A DNA stretch of 62,157 nucleotides, filler included, from Craspedostauros australis (taxonomy: Eukaryota): the NCBI GenBank assembly GCA_030167865.1. It is 6 parts of 6 records of this genome, joined end to end, with 100 filler letters (N's around TTAATTAATTAA, not from the genome) between each part and the next. Parts side by side here need not be neighbours in the genome. Positions count along the whole stretch, not along the records: positions 36,091 to 41,455 come from JALAGF010006680.1; positions 41,556 to 52,894 come from JALAGF010006681.1; 4 more parts are not named here. The stretch is one strand, 5' to 3'. Position numbers and translations under genes: made by a program. Positions within the stretch are counted from its first letter, which is position 1; each line of letters begins with the position of its first letter. Below the pieces are notes generated by a model that was not told where the DNA came from, made no database searches, and saw nothing but the letters and a program-made list of their open reading frames with translations. Positions 38,740 to 50,569 of this stretch are shown here, in pieces.

Positions 38740-41295
38740 CTACACCTCTGCTGTGTTGGCATCCTGCTCTGCTTTGCCGTGATGCTCGGTCTTGCCGACG
38801 AACATGGCCACTTTGAATGTGTTCATGGTGGGTGCTGCCTCGGCCTTGCTGTTGTTGTTGTTGTTGTTGTGAGGCTCAATGATCTCGGCTTTGCTCTTGC
38901 TGGGCGTCTTCTTCTTCTTGCCTTTCTTCTGTTGCTCAGCCTCCTCGTTGGCTTTGGTGGTCACAACGATTTGCTTCTCCAGCAACGGAATGAGGCTGCT
39001 GGTTGGTCGCAGGTTCGTTTTCAGGCATTGCAGACCACTGACAGCCATCACCTTGAGCGCATCATCGTACATACCTTTGATGTCGGGCTTGGCGTACTTG
39101 AAGCCAGCTGATTTGCCTTTCTTGCCTGTTGCGGTTGGCTTCTTGGTGGTCGTGTTGGTTGCCTCATCCTCCTCCTCCAACGCGAAGTCCGTGTGAGACA
39201 CGGTAACGCCGATCTCGTTGCCGTCCTTGTCAGTTTCAGTGAACGATTGTTTCCGCACATTCATGCTGAGGCCCTTGCGCTCCGTCACAAACTCGTCACC
39301 TCCTTTCGCAGCACAAATTGCGTAGGCGATCTGATGGTGGCGAACATACGCGCGAGCGACCTTGTCCAGCCCAAATTGCTCCCAACAGGTTTCGCAAGCA
39401 CCCCACAACGCCTCGGTGGTGAACATGCGGCTCCCGTAGTGCTTACCTTGATGTGCTGACACGTGCTTCGACATCGCTGGGAATATCGCATCGTCTTTCA
39501 CATTCGTGATGGGCGAATTCGATGGTTGAAATCGTAAGTGCCATCCGCGACTGTCAAACTCCTCGTTGATGAACCTGAGTAGTTCCGTGTCTCTGTGTGG
39601 CCCCGCGCCATCCATCTGGTACCGAATCACCACGTTCTTACCCGTTTCGGCCTTGATTTTGCTGGCGAGCGAATCCAGTGCAGGGAGTTCTTTTTTGCGG
39701 AAGAATTTCTTGAGGCTGTACTTCGGCTTGGGCTTAACACGATGACCATCTGTTTCCTTGCTGCCCGTGATTTCCAGTGGTTGGAAGTACAGTTCACCCT
39801 TCTTGCGAGAGATTTTCTTGGGATCAGGAAGGTGCTTGTACTGGGTTGCCGAGACCCAAGTTCGCTTGTACGTGGTCTTCTGCGCTCGAGCCATGCGCCC
39901 AACACGTTCGAAGTTATCCTTATACACCTTTCCTCCGTTCTCAAAGCGGTTGTTTGTTGGGGCGAACGCTGTTGATGCAATCGCCATGGTCTTGTCAATG
40001 TGGCACTTGTGGTGCACAGGATGGTCAACAGGCTTAACTCCCATCTGGGGCACATGTTTGAGGTTGCGCCGAGCAACAATAGAGTAGAACCACTTCTCGT
40101 CCATGTGGACAACAACAACTTGCGTATTCCGGAACTGCTCCGCTGATTCCCAGAACACACAGAAGTCCTTGGCCCAGATGTCGCGCTTCACCTTGATGCC
40201 ACCCTTGATCTTGGGGAGCATTGTTGTACTGCGGTATTCGCTGCCCTCCAACCCCATCACGTATGTTCGGATGGTGTCTTTGCAGACGCATTGGACGTTG
40301 CCCCTTCCTGCTAGTTCGCGTGCAACATCGTCCCACGAGATTGCGCCATTGCATCGTTGCAACACATCCTGGAGCTCAAATTGCAGGAACGGACCGCGCT
40401 CCAACCACGAATCAGACAGGGCTTTTGCGGATGCCAACTCTTGAGGCGAAGCAGAGGCAAATGCACAAGAGATGTCATCAGTTGTCAACCGTTGTCTTGG
40501 ATGTTTAAGCCGCAGTTGTTTCGCAAAGATGGCACGCGGCGTGAAGTATTGCTGTTGCTTCTTGGGGCAGGTGAAGATGGTGCTCCCCGCGTCGCTGCGC
40601 TTCTTCCGTTCCATCTTGTTCTGTTGGAAATTCTTGATATTCCGGGCAACAGTGGTGCGGTGAACATCCCAAGCGTGCGCGATCAATTTCGTGTTGGCTG
40701 GGACCGCACCCAAATTGAAGTAGAGAACGATGTAGCTTTGCAGTTCATCTCTGCCAAGTTGTTTCTTTCTATTGATGGTATTAGTGTTGCTACACCCTCC
40801 ATCCTTTCGCATCCATCCTTTCGTTGTTGCACCTTTCTCCATCTGCTTCGTGAGACGGGCGATGGCTGCTGTCCTGTGCTCTCGTGCCAGCTCGAGAAAA
40901 GCCGCGATGTTGGCTTCTTGCGATTCCTTGGTAGTTGGGGATGGTGTGGGGGGCTTAGCCTTGTTGTTGGCACGCGCGGCAGCGACGGAGCGATGCTGGG
41001 GAGAAAGGAGGGAAGGCTGAGCAAGGCCACCTGCAGTGCGAGTCCGTGCGAAGGTAGCAAGGCTGTGTGGCGCGCACAGATCCTCACGAACAACGTACAT
41101 TCGGCTCTGCCCCATCACTGGGGTCACCATGACCATTGCCACCTCTCCTGGTGCAAGAGGCCCATCGCGTTTGACTGTAGCGCCGTCCGTGGTCTGCTTC
41201 ATTGCAAACTCAACATGGCATACGCCTAGGTCACGGATCCTGTCATTTGAGTCCGTGTGGGGTGCCACCTTTACACAATCACCAGCGCGCAGCAT
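38740..41295 (-). mobile_element. Tc1/mariner (IS630 superfamily) transposase ORF, 851 aa, DD38D triad
   Basis: VHMDEKWFY, YQMDGAGPH and QPSNSPITNVKD resemble plant/oomycete mariner motifs; HTH-like IAHAWDVHRTTVARNIK. Confidence 0.88.
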
Positions 41296-41455
41296 GCTTG
41301 CGAGGTGAAGAGTTCAGTGGTTGCGGGATGATACAACTACGTCCAATGTGGGTGAAGGTTGATAGAACTGCGTTATTGTGTGTGCTTGTTTGAAGTGATG
41401 GTTTACAAAGTTAAGTTTGTTGAGATTATGAGCTCATCAATAAGAGCTCATCATC

Positions 41456-41555
41456 NNNNNNNNNNNNNNNNNNNNNNNNNNNNNNNNNNNNNNNNNNNNT
41501 TAATTAATTAANNNNNNNNNNNNNNNNNNNNNNNNNNNNNNNNNNNNNNNNNNNN
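41456..41555. other. Artificial contig spacer
   Basis: N44-TTAATTAATTAA-N44. Confidence 0.97.
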
Positions 41556-44500
41556 CCGGAAGCCAAGCTTGATCAGGATGTCCACAAGCTTCTTGTTCCA
41601 CTGCCTTGCGCTCTGAACCAACCCGTAGATGGTCTTCTTTAGTAGCAGGCATTCATCCGGTTCATGCTCCATTCCCTTGGGGCATTGCATGTAGATCTCT
41701 TCCTCGAGATCTCCGTGCAGGAAGGCGGTTTCGAAGTCGATGATGATGCTGTCTGTCTTCAACAACATCTTCATGGTCAGCATCACTCGGTACGTTGCAT
41801 CGTGGATAACNNNNNNNNNNNNNNNNNNNNNNNNNNNNNNNNNNNNNNNNNNNNNNNNNNNNNNNNNNNNNNNNNNNNNNNNNNNNNNNNNNNNNNNNNN
41901 NNNNNNNNNNNNNNNNNNNNNNNNNNNNNNNNNNNNNNNNNNNNNNNNNNNNNNNNNNNNNNNNNNNNNNNNNNNNNNNNNNGTCATGTCGTAGAACTCC
42001 TTATTGATGGCCTCCCGCCATTTCCTCCGCTTCGCTGGATCTGCATGATCCCAGCATTCCTCGAAGGTGGTTGGGTCCAACATCATAGCCGTGTATGCGT
42101 GCTCGGATGTCTCGTTCCAATCCCCTCTCTCGACTCGTTGGTTCGCTGCAATGAATTCATTCAGTCTCATTCTCCCTTCTGTGGTGTCGATCATTAGACT
42201 CGCCACGTCTCGATTGAACATGGATATGTTCGAATGGAAGTCTCGTTCGCCCGTGGTTGCATGGATCGTCTCAGCTGTCTCAGCTGGTTCATCCTCTCCA
42301 CTGCTTGATTCTGAGTCGGATTCATATCCTGGTGGATTGTTGGACGGGACCAAACCCCGTAGCATCCTTGACATCTTTGCCACAGGTCTTGCTGGGGGTT
42401 GCTCGATCTCTCTGCCTTCGGCGGCTTGTCTTCGAGTCACCCGTGTGTCGTCCCTTCCGGATTCATCGTCGTCTTCATCGTCCGATGGATCGTCCCCTTG
42501 GGCAGGTAGCAGTTCATCTTGCTTCGATGCATAGCCTGCGGTGTCTTCGTAGTCTGTTCCGGACTCTCTGCTTCGATCAGCTGACACAGCCTTCGCCATC
42601 CTTGCGATACTTGTATCACGCTCCCAAGTCACCTTCGTATTGCGGAGTGCTGCTCCTGCATCGAAGTCGTCGTCTTCCAGATCCACCATTTGTGTTCTGT
42701 TGGCATTCTCAATACCCTTGAATTGCCCATACGACTGGTTCATCCATGTCACGTCTCTGGTGATTAGGATTCTCGTGGTTGCCAGGTTCATCATGCGGTA
42801 TACTCCATTCGCATGAGACTGTCCGTATCCGACGAACATAGCTGGCTTGGATCTGTCATCCAGTTTCGCTTTGATTGCGCGACTGCCGATGTAGACCATT
42901 CCAATCTCCCCGAAGATACGCAATCCTCTCGCGTAGGTTGGGGTCTGTCCATTGAGTAGCAGGCATGCAGGATCCCTTGATTTAGTCTCGACGATGTTCT
43001 CGATCTGCGTTGCGTTCCTTGCTGCCTCTGCCCATAGTTTGCCGCGCAGTTGTCTCGGTAGGTGCGCCTGGTTCAGCATTGACCTGACCTTACCATAGAG
43101 GACCGCGAATTTTCGTTCCACTCTTCCATTCTGTTGAGGAGTCGAAGTGGCAGTGTACTCGAAGGTTGGGGCGAAGCCTGCTCTTAATAGTAGGGCCTCT
43201 GCGCTGTAGTTCTCTCCTGCATTGTCACATCTGACATTCTTTACTGTCACTTGTTGATTGCCTGATAGCCACTTCAACAATGATAGTAGTCTGGGGCCGA
43301 CCTCGCTCTTTTCCTTAACGAAGTAGCTCCAGCAATAGTCGCTGTAGTCGTCGATGACCAGCAACCAGTATTTTCCATGTCCAAAGCTCGTTGCTTGGAC
43401 ACTTGAAGTATCCATGAAGAGTCGTTCTCCGACCTTCTTCGCCCGTAGTTGGAGAGTTTTGGTCAGGCGTTTTTGCTTCGCCTTTCCAATCGCGCAGTCC
43501 TTGTATGGATTGAGGGTCCCAGTCACATTCCATCCATATTGTCTCGCCGTCCTGGAGATCGTATAAGAGTCAACGTGGCCTAGCATTTTATGGAGCTTAT
43601 TCACATCCATGGGCTTCTTTGTATCAAGCCCGACATTCGCCATCTCCTCGCTCTTAGGGGCAGGCACCATGTTTACACCGAGCACGCATCCGCTGTGAGT
43701 TGCCATGATCCAATCGAATCGGATGCGCTGCCCGTTCTTGTCCAGCACGATGATCACGCCCTTGTTACTGATGTTAAACCCGTTATGGAGCGCCTTGCCG
43801 ATGCTGAGTAGGTTGACCCAGAGCTTAGGCACGTATCGCACTCCCTTCAGGATGATGATGGCGCTCTTACCGTCCTTCTGCATCACCCGCATGCGTAGGT
43901 CACCGACCTTAGTGGCGCGGAGGAATTTTCCGCTTCCCACCTTCACAGAGAAATTCGAGAGGCGCACATTAGTCATGCCCTCATCATTATTAGTCAGGTG
44001 ACATGATGCGCCAGTATCTCCCAACCATGTGTTTGCTTCATGTTGGTCTGGTGCAATCAACTCGCGATTGCTCTCACTCGACTCGTGATCCTTGATCACC
44101 ATGGCCATCTCGTGTCCGAATCTTGCTCGGTCGAAGTGTTCCATCAGTTCGAACTTATATTCCGGGCTCCCCTCCATAGGTCTGACCTTTGGGAGTTCTG
44201 GGCACTCCAAGCCGTCTCGCACTTCGGTGTCGTCCCAGCCTCTCATCCATGAGACGCGTTGGGTACACAAGCGGCTCATCCTCAAGATGAGGTGTTTGGG
44301 GAGTAGTGGCAGCCTTTTCTCTTTGAGCAGTTCGTTGACGACCACAATCTTGCATGATAGGTCGTATGCTCCATCGAATCCGATTTGGGTGAGCATGTAG
44401 TAGAGCTCTCGGGTTCCCAAGCAGTAGGCTCTCTCCCGAATGGATTCCCTCCTCACGTCGTAGCACAAAATTGCGCCATTGATTCGAACCTGCACGGCTT

Positions 44501-44777
44501 CCAAGACGTTGGATAGAGAAACCCTCACAGCGTCCTCCACTGAGTCGAATCGGCTCAGGATCGCTCGACGGCGAATCCTTTCCGGTTCGGTGGTTGTCGG
44601 GATCTTTCTGAACGCCCAAGGGGCACGGATCTTGAACACGTTGAATTCGGTGCATTCTGTACACCAGGAGTACATCGCTCCACGCGCGAGGCAGATTGGG
44701 CACCATGCATCCGTTCTGCTGCGTTCGCACACGCGGTCGATTTCGTCACGCAGGAAGTAGTCGATGGCGCTGCTCAT
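41556..44777 (-). mobile_element. Ty1/copia element A, pol (protease-integrase-RT, truncated by contig end)
   Basis: WLGDTGASCHL protease; HKMLGH zinc finger; integrase FMDTS, VRCDNAGEN, PQQNGRVER; RT IDFETAFLHGDLEEEIYM, KKTIYGLVQSARQW. Confidence 0.95.
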
Positions 44778-45734
44778 GTGAGTGGCCGTTGCTTCCTCTC
44801 CTTGCGCAGGTGGCGCATTGTTGACATCGACCCCGGCATTGCGACTTCGGTGTCCCCAATGCTCTCGTCTGATTCGAGCAGGTCATCGTTCATGAGGTCG
44901 CGGATGTCTTCGTTGGTTGGCGATTCGACTCTCTCGGTCGAAGGATACGACTCCATGATTTCGAAGAGATCCTCTTCGAGTCCATCCTCGAGTTCGATCT
45001 CATCGAGATCGTCAATCTCAACGAAACCACCGTCTGTGATGACGAGTGCCATATCGTCCATCCCGTCGTCGGCGTCCATTGCCATGTTGGCGCTCTCATC
45101 TTCCTTCATTGCTGCCTTCAGCTTGAAGCATTGGATGATCTTGTGCCCTGCCTTTCCGCAGTAGTTGCACTTGCCATCGAATCCCCCTTTCTTGGATCCG
45201 CCCTTGGCGTCGGCGTGGTTGCCCTTCTTCTTGGACCCACCGCCTCTCTTGTTGTTGCCTCCCTTGGCTGGCACACGACAGTCCGCCTTCTTGTGCCCGT
45301 AGGCACCACAGTTGCGACAGTTTCCCTTGAACTGTCCAGCTTCGAACAGAGCGAGCTCCTCGTTGCTGCTGTTGCCTGCGCGCTTATAACCATGTTTGAG
45401 ATGGTGGCGGTCGTAGGTAAGGCTCACAGCTTCGCGGATGTCGCCCACAGTCATCTCTCGTTCCTTTCCGTGGAACTTGAGTTCGAGCAGCTTCACGTCC
45501 ATCTCGTACTCGCGGCAAAGTGCGTTGAGCACGAGCATGTTGAACTGCTCCGCATCGATGATCACTTCCTGGTCGATCAGTCGGTTGCGAAGGACCTCCA
45601 TGNNNNNNNNNNNNNNNNNNNNNNNNNNNNNNNNNNNNNNNNNNNNNNNNNNATCCGGATTCTCTCCCTTCTTCAATCGCATCGCATTGAGCTCCGCCAG
45701 CAACTTTGCCTTCATAGGCGCAGTGCGCTGCTCG
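44774..45734 (-). mobile_element. Ty1/copia element A, gag (5'-truncated by insertion of element B)
   Basis: Two CCHC knuckles CRNCGAYGHKKADC and CNYCGKAGHKIIQC; gag-like frame continues upstream of 45715 up to the LTR of element B. Confidence 0.9.
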
Positions 45735-46592
45735 TATCGAGATGTACATGTGAGTATATGTCGAGATGTACGCGTATATGTGCATCGTTCACCCGCTATT
45801 CTCTCATACGCACTTGGACGGTATAACTATACTCGTGTCGATAGTATACTGTGATTCGTCAGAATTACAGCGGAAATGGAACACACGAAAAAGAGCAAGA
45901 TTTCCGGAGGAAATTTGCAATCGACGATTTCTGAGAGAATCAGAAGATCGTCCGTCCATCCATCAATGGTACCAAGAGAATCTCGAGGTACTTCCCAACT
46001 AAACCTCAGATGACGATATCATCTGACAGACTACTGCATCACCAATGGAACATGACATCTGGAGAGCAGAAGGACGCCTACTGACGTTGACAGGATGTCG
46101 ACGTGGTGACACGATGACATCTGTCTCCAACTCAGAGCAGGAGGCGAAGATCCGATGACCCATGAAGATTATGGATACTGAAGGTGAACTTCAAATGGTA
46201 AGTACTCATGGAGTAGGAACCAGTACTGAATGAACGAAGTGTCGAATGCGGAGTACGCATCGAACGTGTAGTATCGCGTAGCATGAAGGACGCGATGCTG
46301 AGACAGAGAGAGAGAGAGAGTACAGAGAGGAGCGAGAGAGCATCTTGCGTACCGACTCATAGTCGGACAACCAAATCTACAAGACAGATTGAAGCGCCGA
46401 GAGCATCGGGCAAGAGAATGGGCGTACACCGAGAGGATCGGAGTAGCCAAGTAATGAAATAGCAAACGAACGACTATCAATCAACACCACCCTCCACGAT
46501 CGTAGGCTACCAATCACGGAACTTGCCAACACGTTTATAAACGATAGATCAGGGCGAGCCTGATTATCGTATCGTGCGAGGAAGACGAACAT
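45735..46592 (+). repeat. 5' LTR of copia element B (boundaries approximate)
   Basis: TGTCGAGATGTA at 45759 (degenerate duplicate at 45735) and the block at ~46080 match the minus-strand 3' LTR starting at 60410; lies directly upstream of the gag ATG. Confidence 0.7.
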
Positions 46593-47845
46593 CATTCAAG
46601 AGCAGCAGGCTGAATGAGCGAGGAAGAGGAACTGAAAGACATCCCTCTGTCCAATCCGACTATCAAGAGAGAAGAAGGTGCGAGTGAGGCTCCACCACGA
46701 CAAGAGAAGGAAGCAGCCGCGGCTACTGTCCTATCAGGCGCAGACGCAAGCGCGATCGACGAGACCGAAGAAGAACGGTCTGCAAGACTACACCGTAAGG
46801 AGAAGAGGATTCTCAAGGCGGTCAAGCAAGAGGAGACTGGTGTGACGAAGAGCATTCGCACAGCCAAACAGGGTGGGAAAAGTGAGACACCATCAGGAGG
46901 AGAATTTGTGAGCAAATCAATCCTCGCGAAACAACCAGCGAAAGTCGAAGAAACGACAACACAGAAACAAACGGAAATCAAGGGCGCGAGCGCACCAACA
47001 ACGAAACAACAAGACAAGATGGCAACGCCAGCCAACACGAACAAGCAACGCATCAAGGCGCCGATGTTCAGTGGTGAACAGGAAGATTACAGCGCATAGG
47101 AGTCCCAAGCAAAGGCATACGCTCGTACACAGAAGACGAGAGACGTGATGTTGGGCAAGACGAAGATCCCAACAGTGAGTGAGATCGCGGCAGCCACCGA
47201 CGACATCAAGGAAGCGATGGAGGAAACCTACGAGCTGGGATGCGACTGCTTCAGCAATCTGATCCTCATGATGGATGCAGAGAAGGGAAAGGGCAAGCAG
47301 GCCATCCAATACATCAATCAATGCATCTCCGACGATTACCCTAAGGGGAATCCACACGCGGCGTGGAACGTTCTCGCGGAGAAGTTCCGTCCATCCGATG
47401 CGGTGACGAAGATCAAACTCAAGCGTCAATTCAACAACGAAAATATGAAGAAAGACTCAGACCCCAACATATACATCACGCGACTTGAGATACTATGCTC
47501 GCGTCTCCATGATGTCAGATACACGATCACCAACGAGGAAATGATCATGCAAATCCTCAGTACGGTGAGCGTGGAATACAGAACACACGTCGTGAGTTTC
47601 AACCACCAACTCACGTTCAATCCGACAGTGATCACCATCAACACGATCAGAAGAGTACTCCATGAAGCACACGCCACTCATCAAGGCGGAAAGGCGTATA
47701 TCGACGACTTCCAGGACAGCAACACGAAGAGCAATGACACCAGCTTCACGAGCACCGGTAACTTCAAGGGTACCTGTCACAACTGTGGTGTGTATGGTCA
47801 CAGATCTGCAGATTGCCCTGAGCGTAAGAAATCGAACAACAAGAA

Positions 47846-47846
<1 letters not shown>

Positions 47847-47876
<30 letters not shown>
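47847..47876 (+). repeat. (AAC)10 microsatellite encoding poly-Asn in gag
   Basis: Read directly from the sequence. Confidence 0.9.
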
Positions 47877-47878
<2 letters not shown>

Positions 47879-48082
47879 GATGAACGGAAAACGCAACAAC
47901 AACCGCAACAAGGGAAGCGGCTTCAACGGCAAGTGCAACTACTGTGGCATCTTCGGACACCGCGAGGCGGAGTGCCAAAAGAAGAAGGCCGACGAACAGG
48001 CCAACACAGCAACAGAAGGACATGACAAGAGCGGACACGAGATGGTACTCTCAGCAAAGGATATGCCGCTCTGCATGTTGGT

Positions 48083-48957
48083 TGTCAGGAATCGGGTGTT
48101 CTGAAACACCATATTGCCGCACCTCCCAAGAGTAAGGAGCCGAACGTGGGGATATTCTACATTACCGCAACTCCCACGTTTGATCATTGTGACACAGAAA
48201 AATGTGAGCTGCACGTAACCCGCGGTGGAGAACACCACGTGCCGAATGCGAACCATGCCTGACGTTCATGACTCCAATGCAGGAATGCGAATCACACGTG
48301 TATGNNNNNNNNNNNNNNNNNNNNNNNNNNNNNNNNNNNNNNNNNNNNNNNNNNNNNNNNNNNNNNNNNNNNNNNNNNNNNNNNNNNNNNNNNNNNNNNN
48401 NNNNNNNNNNNNNNNNNNNNNNNNNNNNNNNNNNNNNNNNNNNNNNNNNNNNNNNNNNNNNNNNNNNNNNNNNNNNNNNNNNNNNNNNNNNNNNNNNNNN
48501 NNNNGTCGACCAGAGTTGATCGGAGATGATCGGAGATGTCTGATGATCAAGGAGCTGAGCGAGCTCCCAACCAAGGCGTTCCCGCAACAGATGAGAGATC
48601 GTGATCTGATCGAATGAGCCGATCTGTGTCACGCCTACGACTCGGTGATGTCTAAGGCATCGGAACTATCAGCGGAGGACAACGTGCTAATGTGCACGAA
48701 TATGGGGTACTCGGTGNNNNNNNNNNNNNNNNNNNNNNNNNNNNNNNNNNNNNNNNNNNNNNNNNNTGCATGCATGTCCATGATGAATTTGCGATGAATG
48801 CAAGATGGATGCCTGCTAGACCAACAGAGGGACCCATGGCAATCTCAGGAGGAGATTGGACTTTGCAATCGAGAGCAATGAAGAGCTCACAGTTCAGAGA
48901 AGTAGATTCTAACAAACGATTAGTTTTCTGCTATCACACCACCCCGGATTTCCAACA
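48083..48957. mobile_element. Inserted TG...CA element, copy 1 (solo-LTR-like), TSD GTTGGT
   Basis: Ends TGTCAGGAATC...GATTTCCAACA; GTTGGT at 48077-48082 and 48958-48963; internal N gaps make the length approximate. Confidence 0.9.
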
Positions 48958-49751
48958 GTTGGTGTCCGACGACTACATCGAAGACTCCTTCTTCGATAAC
49001 TTCATGTGCGTTGGGAGTGACGACGATGTGCAGGATGATGAGATCGTCCCGGAAGGGCTCAGCGAGGAGCCCATCGCCCACGAGGTGGACCCAAGACGCG
49101 AAGTGAGCTACAAATGCTGTTTCAACGTGAACGACCTGATCGGTCCATATGGCGATGGAGCTGAGATGGGCAACGAGGCTATCGACATCGACGTCGAGGA
49201 AGCCATGAGCGAAGATGACGACGACGCCGACAAAGACGGCGCAAATGAAGACGACGACGACGCCTCCGGAGACGAGGCGAATCGCGGCGAAGCGCCGCCT
49301 CCTCCAGCAGTGGGGAATCACAGAACGGGCATCTTCGATGAAGAGGACAGCAACGAAGCTGAGGATCGTCCGAGCGACACCTTCAATCTCCACAAACACG
49401 TCGTCTATCCAATCAGAATCCAATTTCCATCGGAACCAAACCCCAGAAGAGTCGACGACATCTACCAACTCGAGACATTCCCAGAACCAACGATCACTGC
49501 AAGAAGAATGCAGAAGCAACTCATCTACGATGCAGTGTTGACTGCCGGACTGCCAATGTTCCCAGGAACCGTAAATGGGGGACTACTGCACGTATGGGTG
49601 GACATGGTGAGCACCATCCTGTCCGAGAACTTCAAATCGATTGAAGATATCCTCACCAACGCAGCCATCCTCAATCGACTCTTGGAGGCAGCAGGAGAGG
49701 AACCATTCCCAGAATTAGATTTACACTATGTCCTCGGAGGATGCATGCAGG

Positions 49752-50569
49752 TGTCAGGAATCAGGTGTTCTGAAACACCAAATTGCCACACCTCCCAGGA
49801 GTAAGGAGCCGAATGTCATGATATGATACATTACCGCAACTCCCACCCTTGGATCTTTGTGACAGAAAAATGTGAGCTGCACGTGTTTTGCGATGGAGAA
49901 CGACACGTGCCGAATGCGAACCGTACCTTGGCGTTCGTGACCTCAATGCAGGAATGCCAATCACACGTGAATGTCGCAGGGGGCAGGGATGTTGGAATCG
50001 TGACCAACATCACGATACGAGTGACTACGGCCCCCATGTTGCAGCCAATGAGAAAAGAGTACTGGAGGAAGGCCAATGTCACGAAGTGTGAGATGGCCTG
50101 TGAACGAACCTGGTATGAGGAACCTCCAGGAAGCCGGTGAAGTGATCAGCAAAGTAATCAGAGAAACGACAGGAGAAGCATCGGAGATGATCGGAGATGT
50201 GTGATGGTCGAGGAGCTGAATGAGTTCCCAACCAAGGTGTTCCTGTGACGAATGGGAAACCGTGATCTGACCGAATGAACCGATCTGTGTGATGCCTACG
50301 ACTCAGCGATGTCTAACGCATCAAAACTATCAGAGGAGAACAACGTGCTTTTGTGCACGAACATGGGGTGCTCGGTGGTGCATGCATGTCTATGATGAAT
50401 TTGCAATGAATGCAAGATGGATGCCTGCTAGACCAACAGAGGGACCCATGGTGATCCCAGGAGGAGATCGAACTGTGCAATTGAGAGCAATGAAGAGCTC
50501 ACAGTTCAGAGAAGTAGATTCTAACAAACGATTAGCTTTCTACTATCACACCACCCCGGATTTCCAACA
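49752..50569. mobile_element. Inserted TG...CA element, copy 2 (818 bp, solo-LTR-like), TSD TGCAGG
   Basis: Same termini as copy 1; TGCAGG at 49746-49751 and 50570-50575. Confidence 0.92.

Noticed and set aside
38740..41295. Fanzor/TnpB nuclease associated with the mariner element
   Set aside because: No RuvC or zinc-finger motifs seen in this ORF or in adjacent ORFs
48083..50569. A single small LTR element (TRIM) with two LTRs flanking an ORF
   Set aside because: Each repeat has its own TSD, and the sequence between them is in-frame host gag-pol
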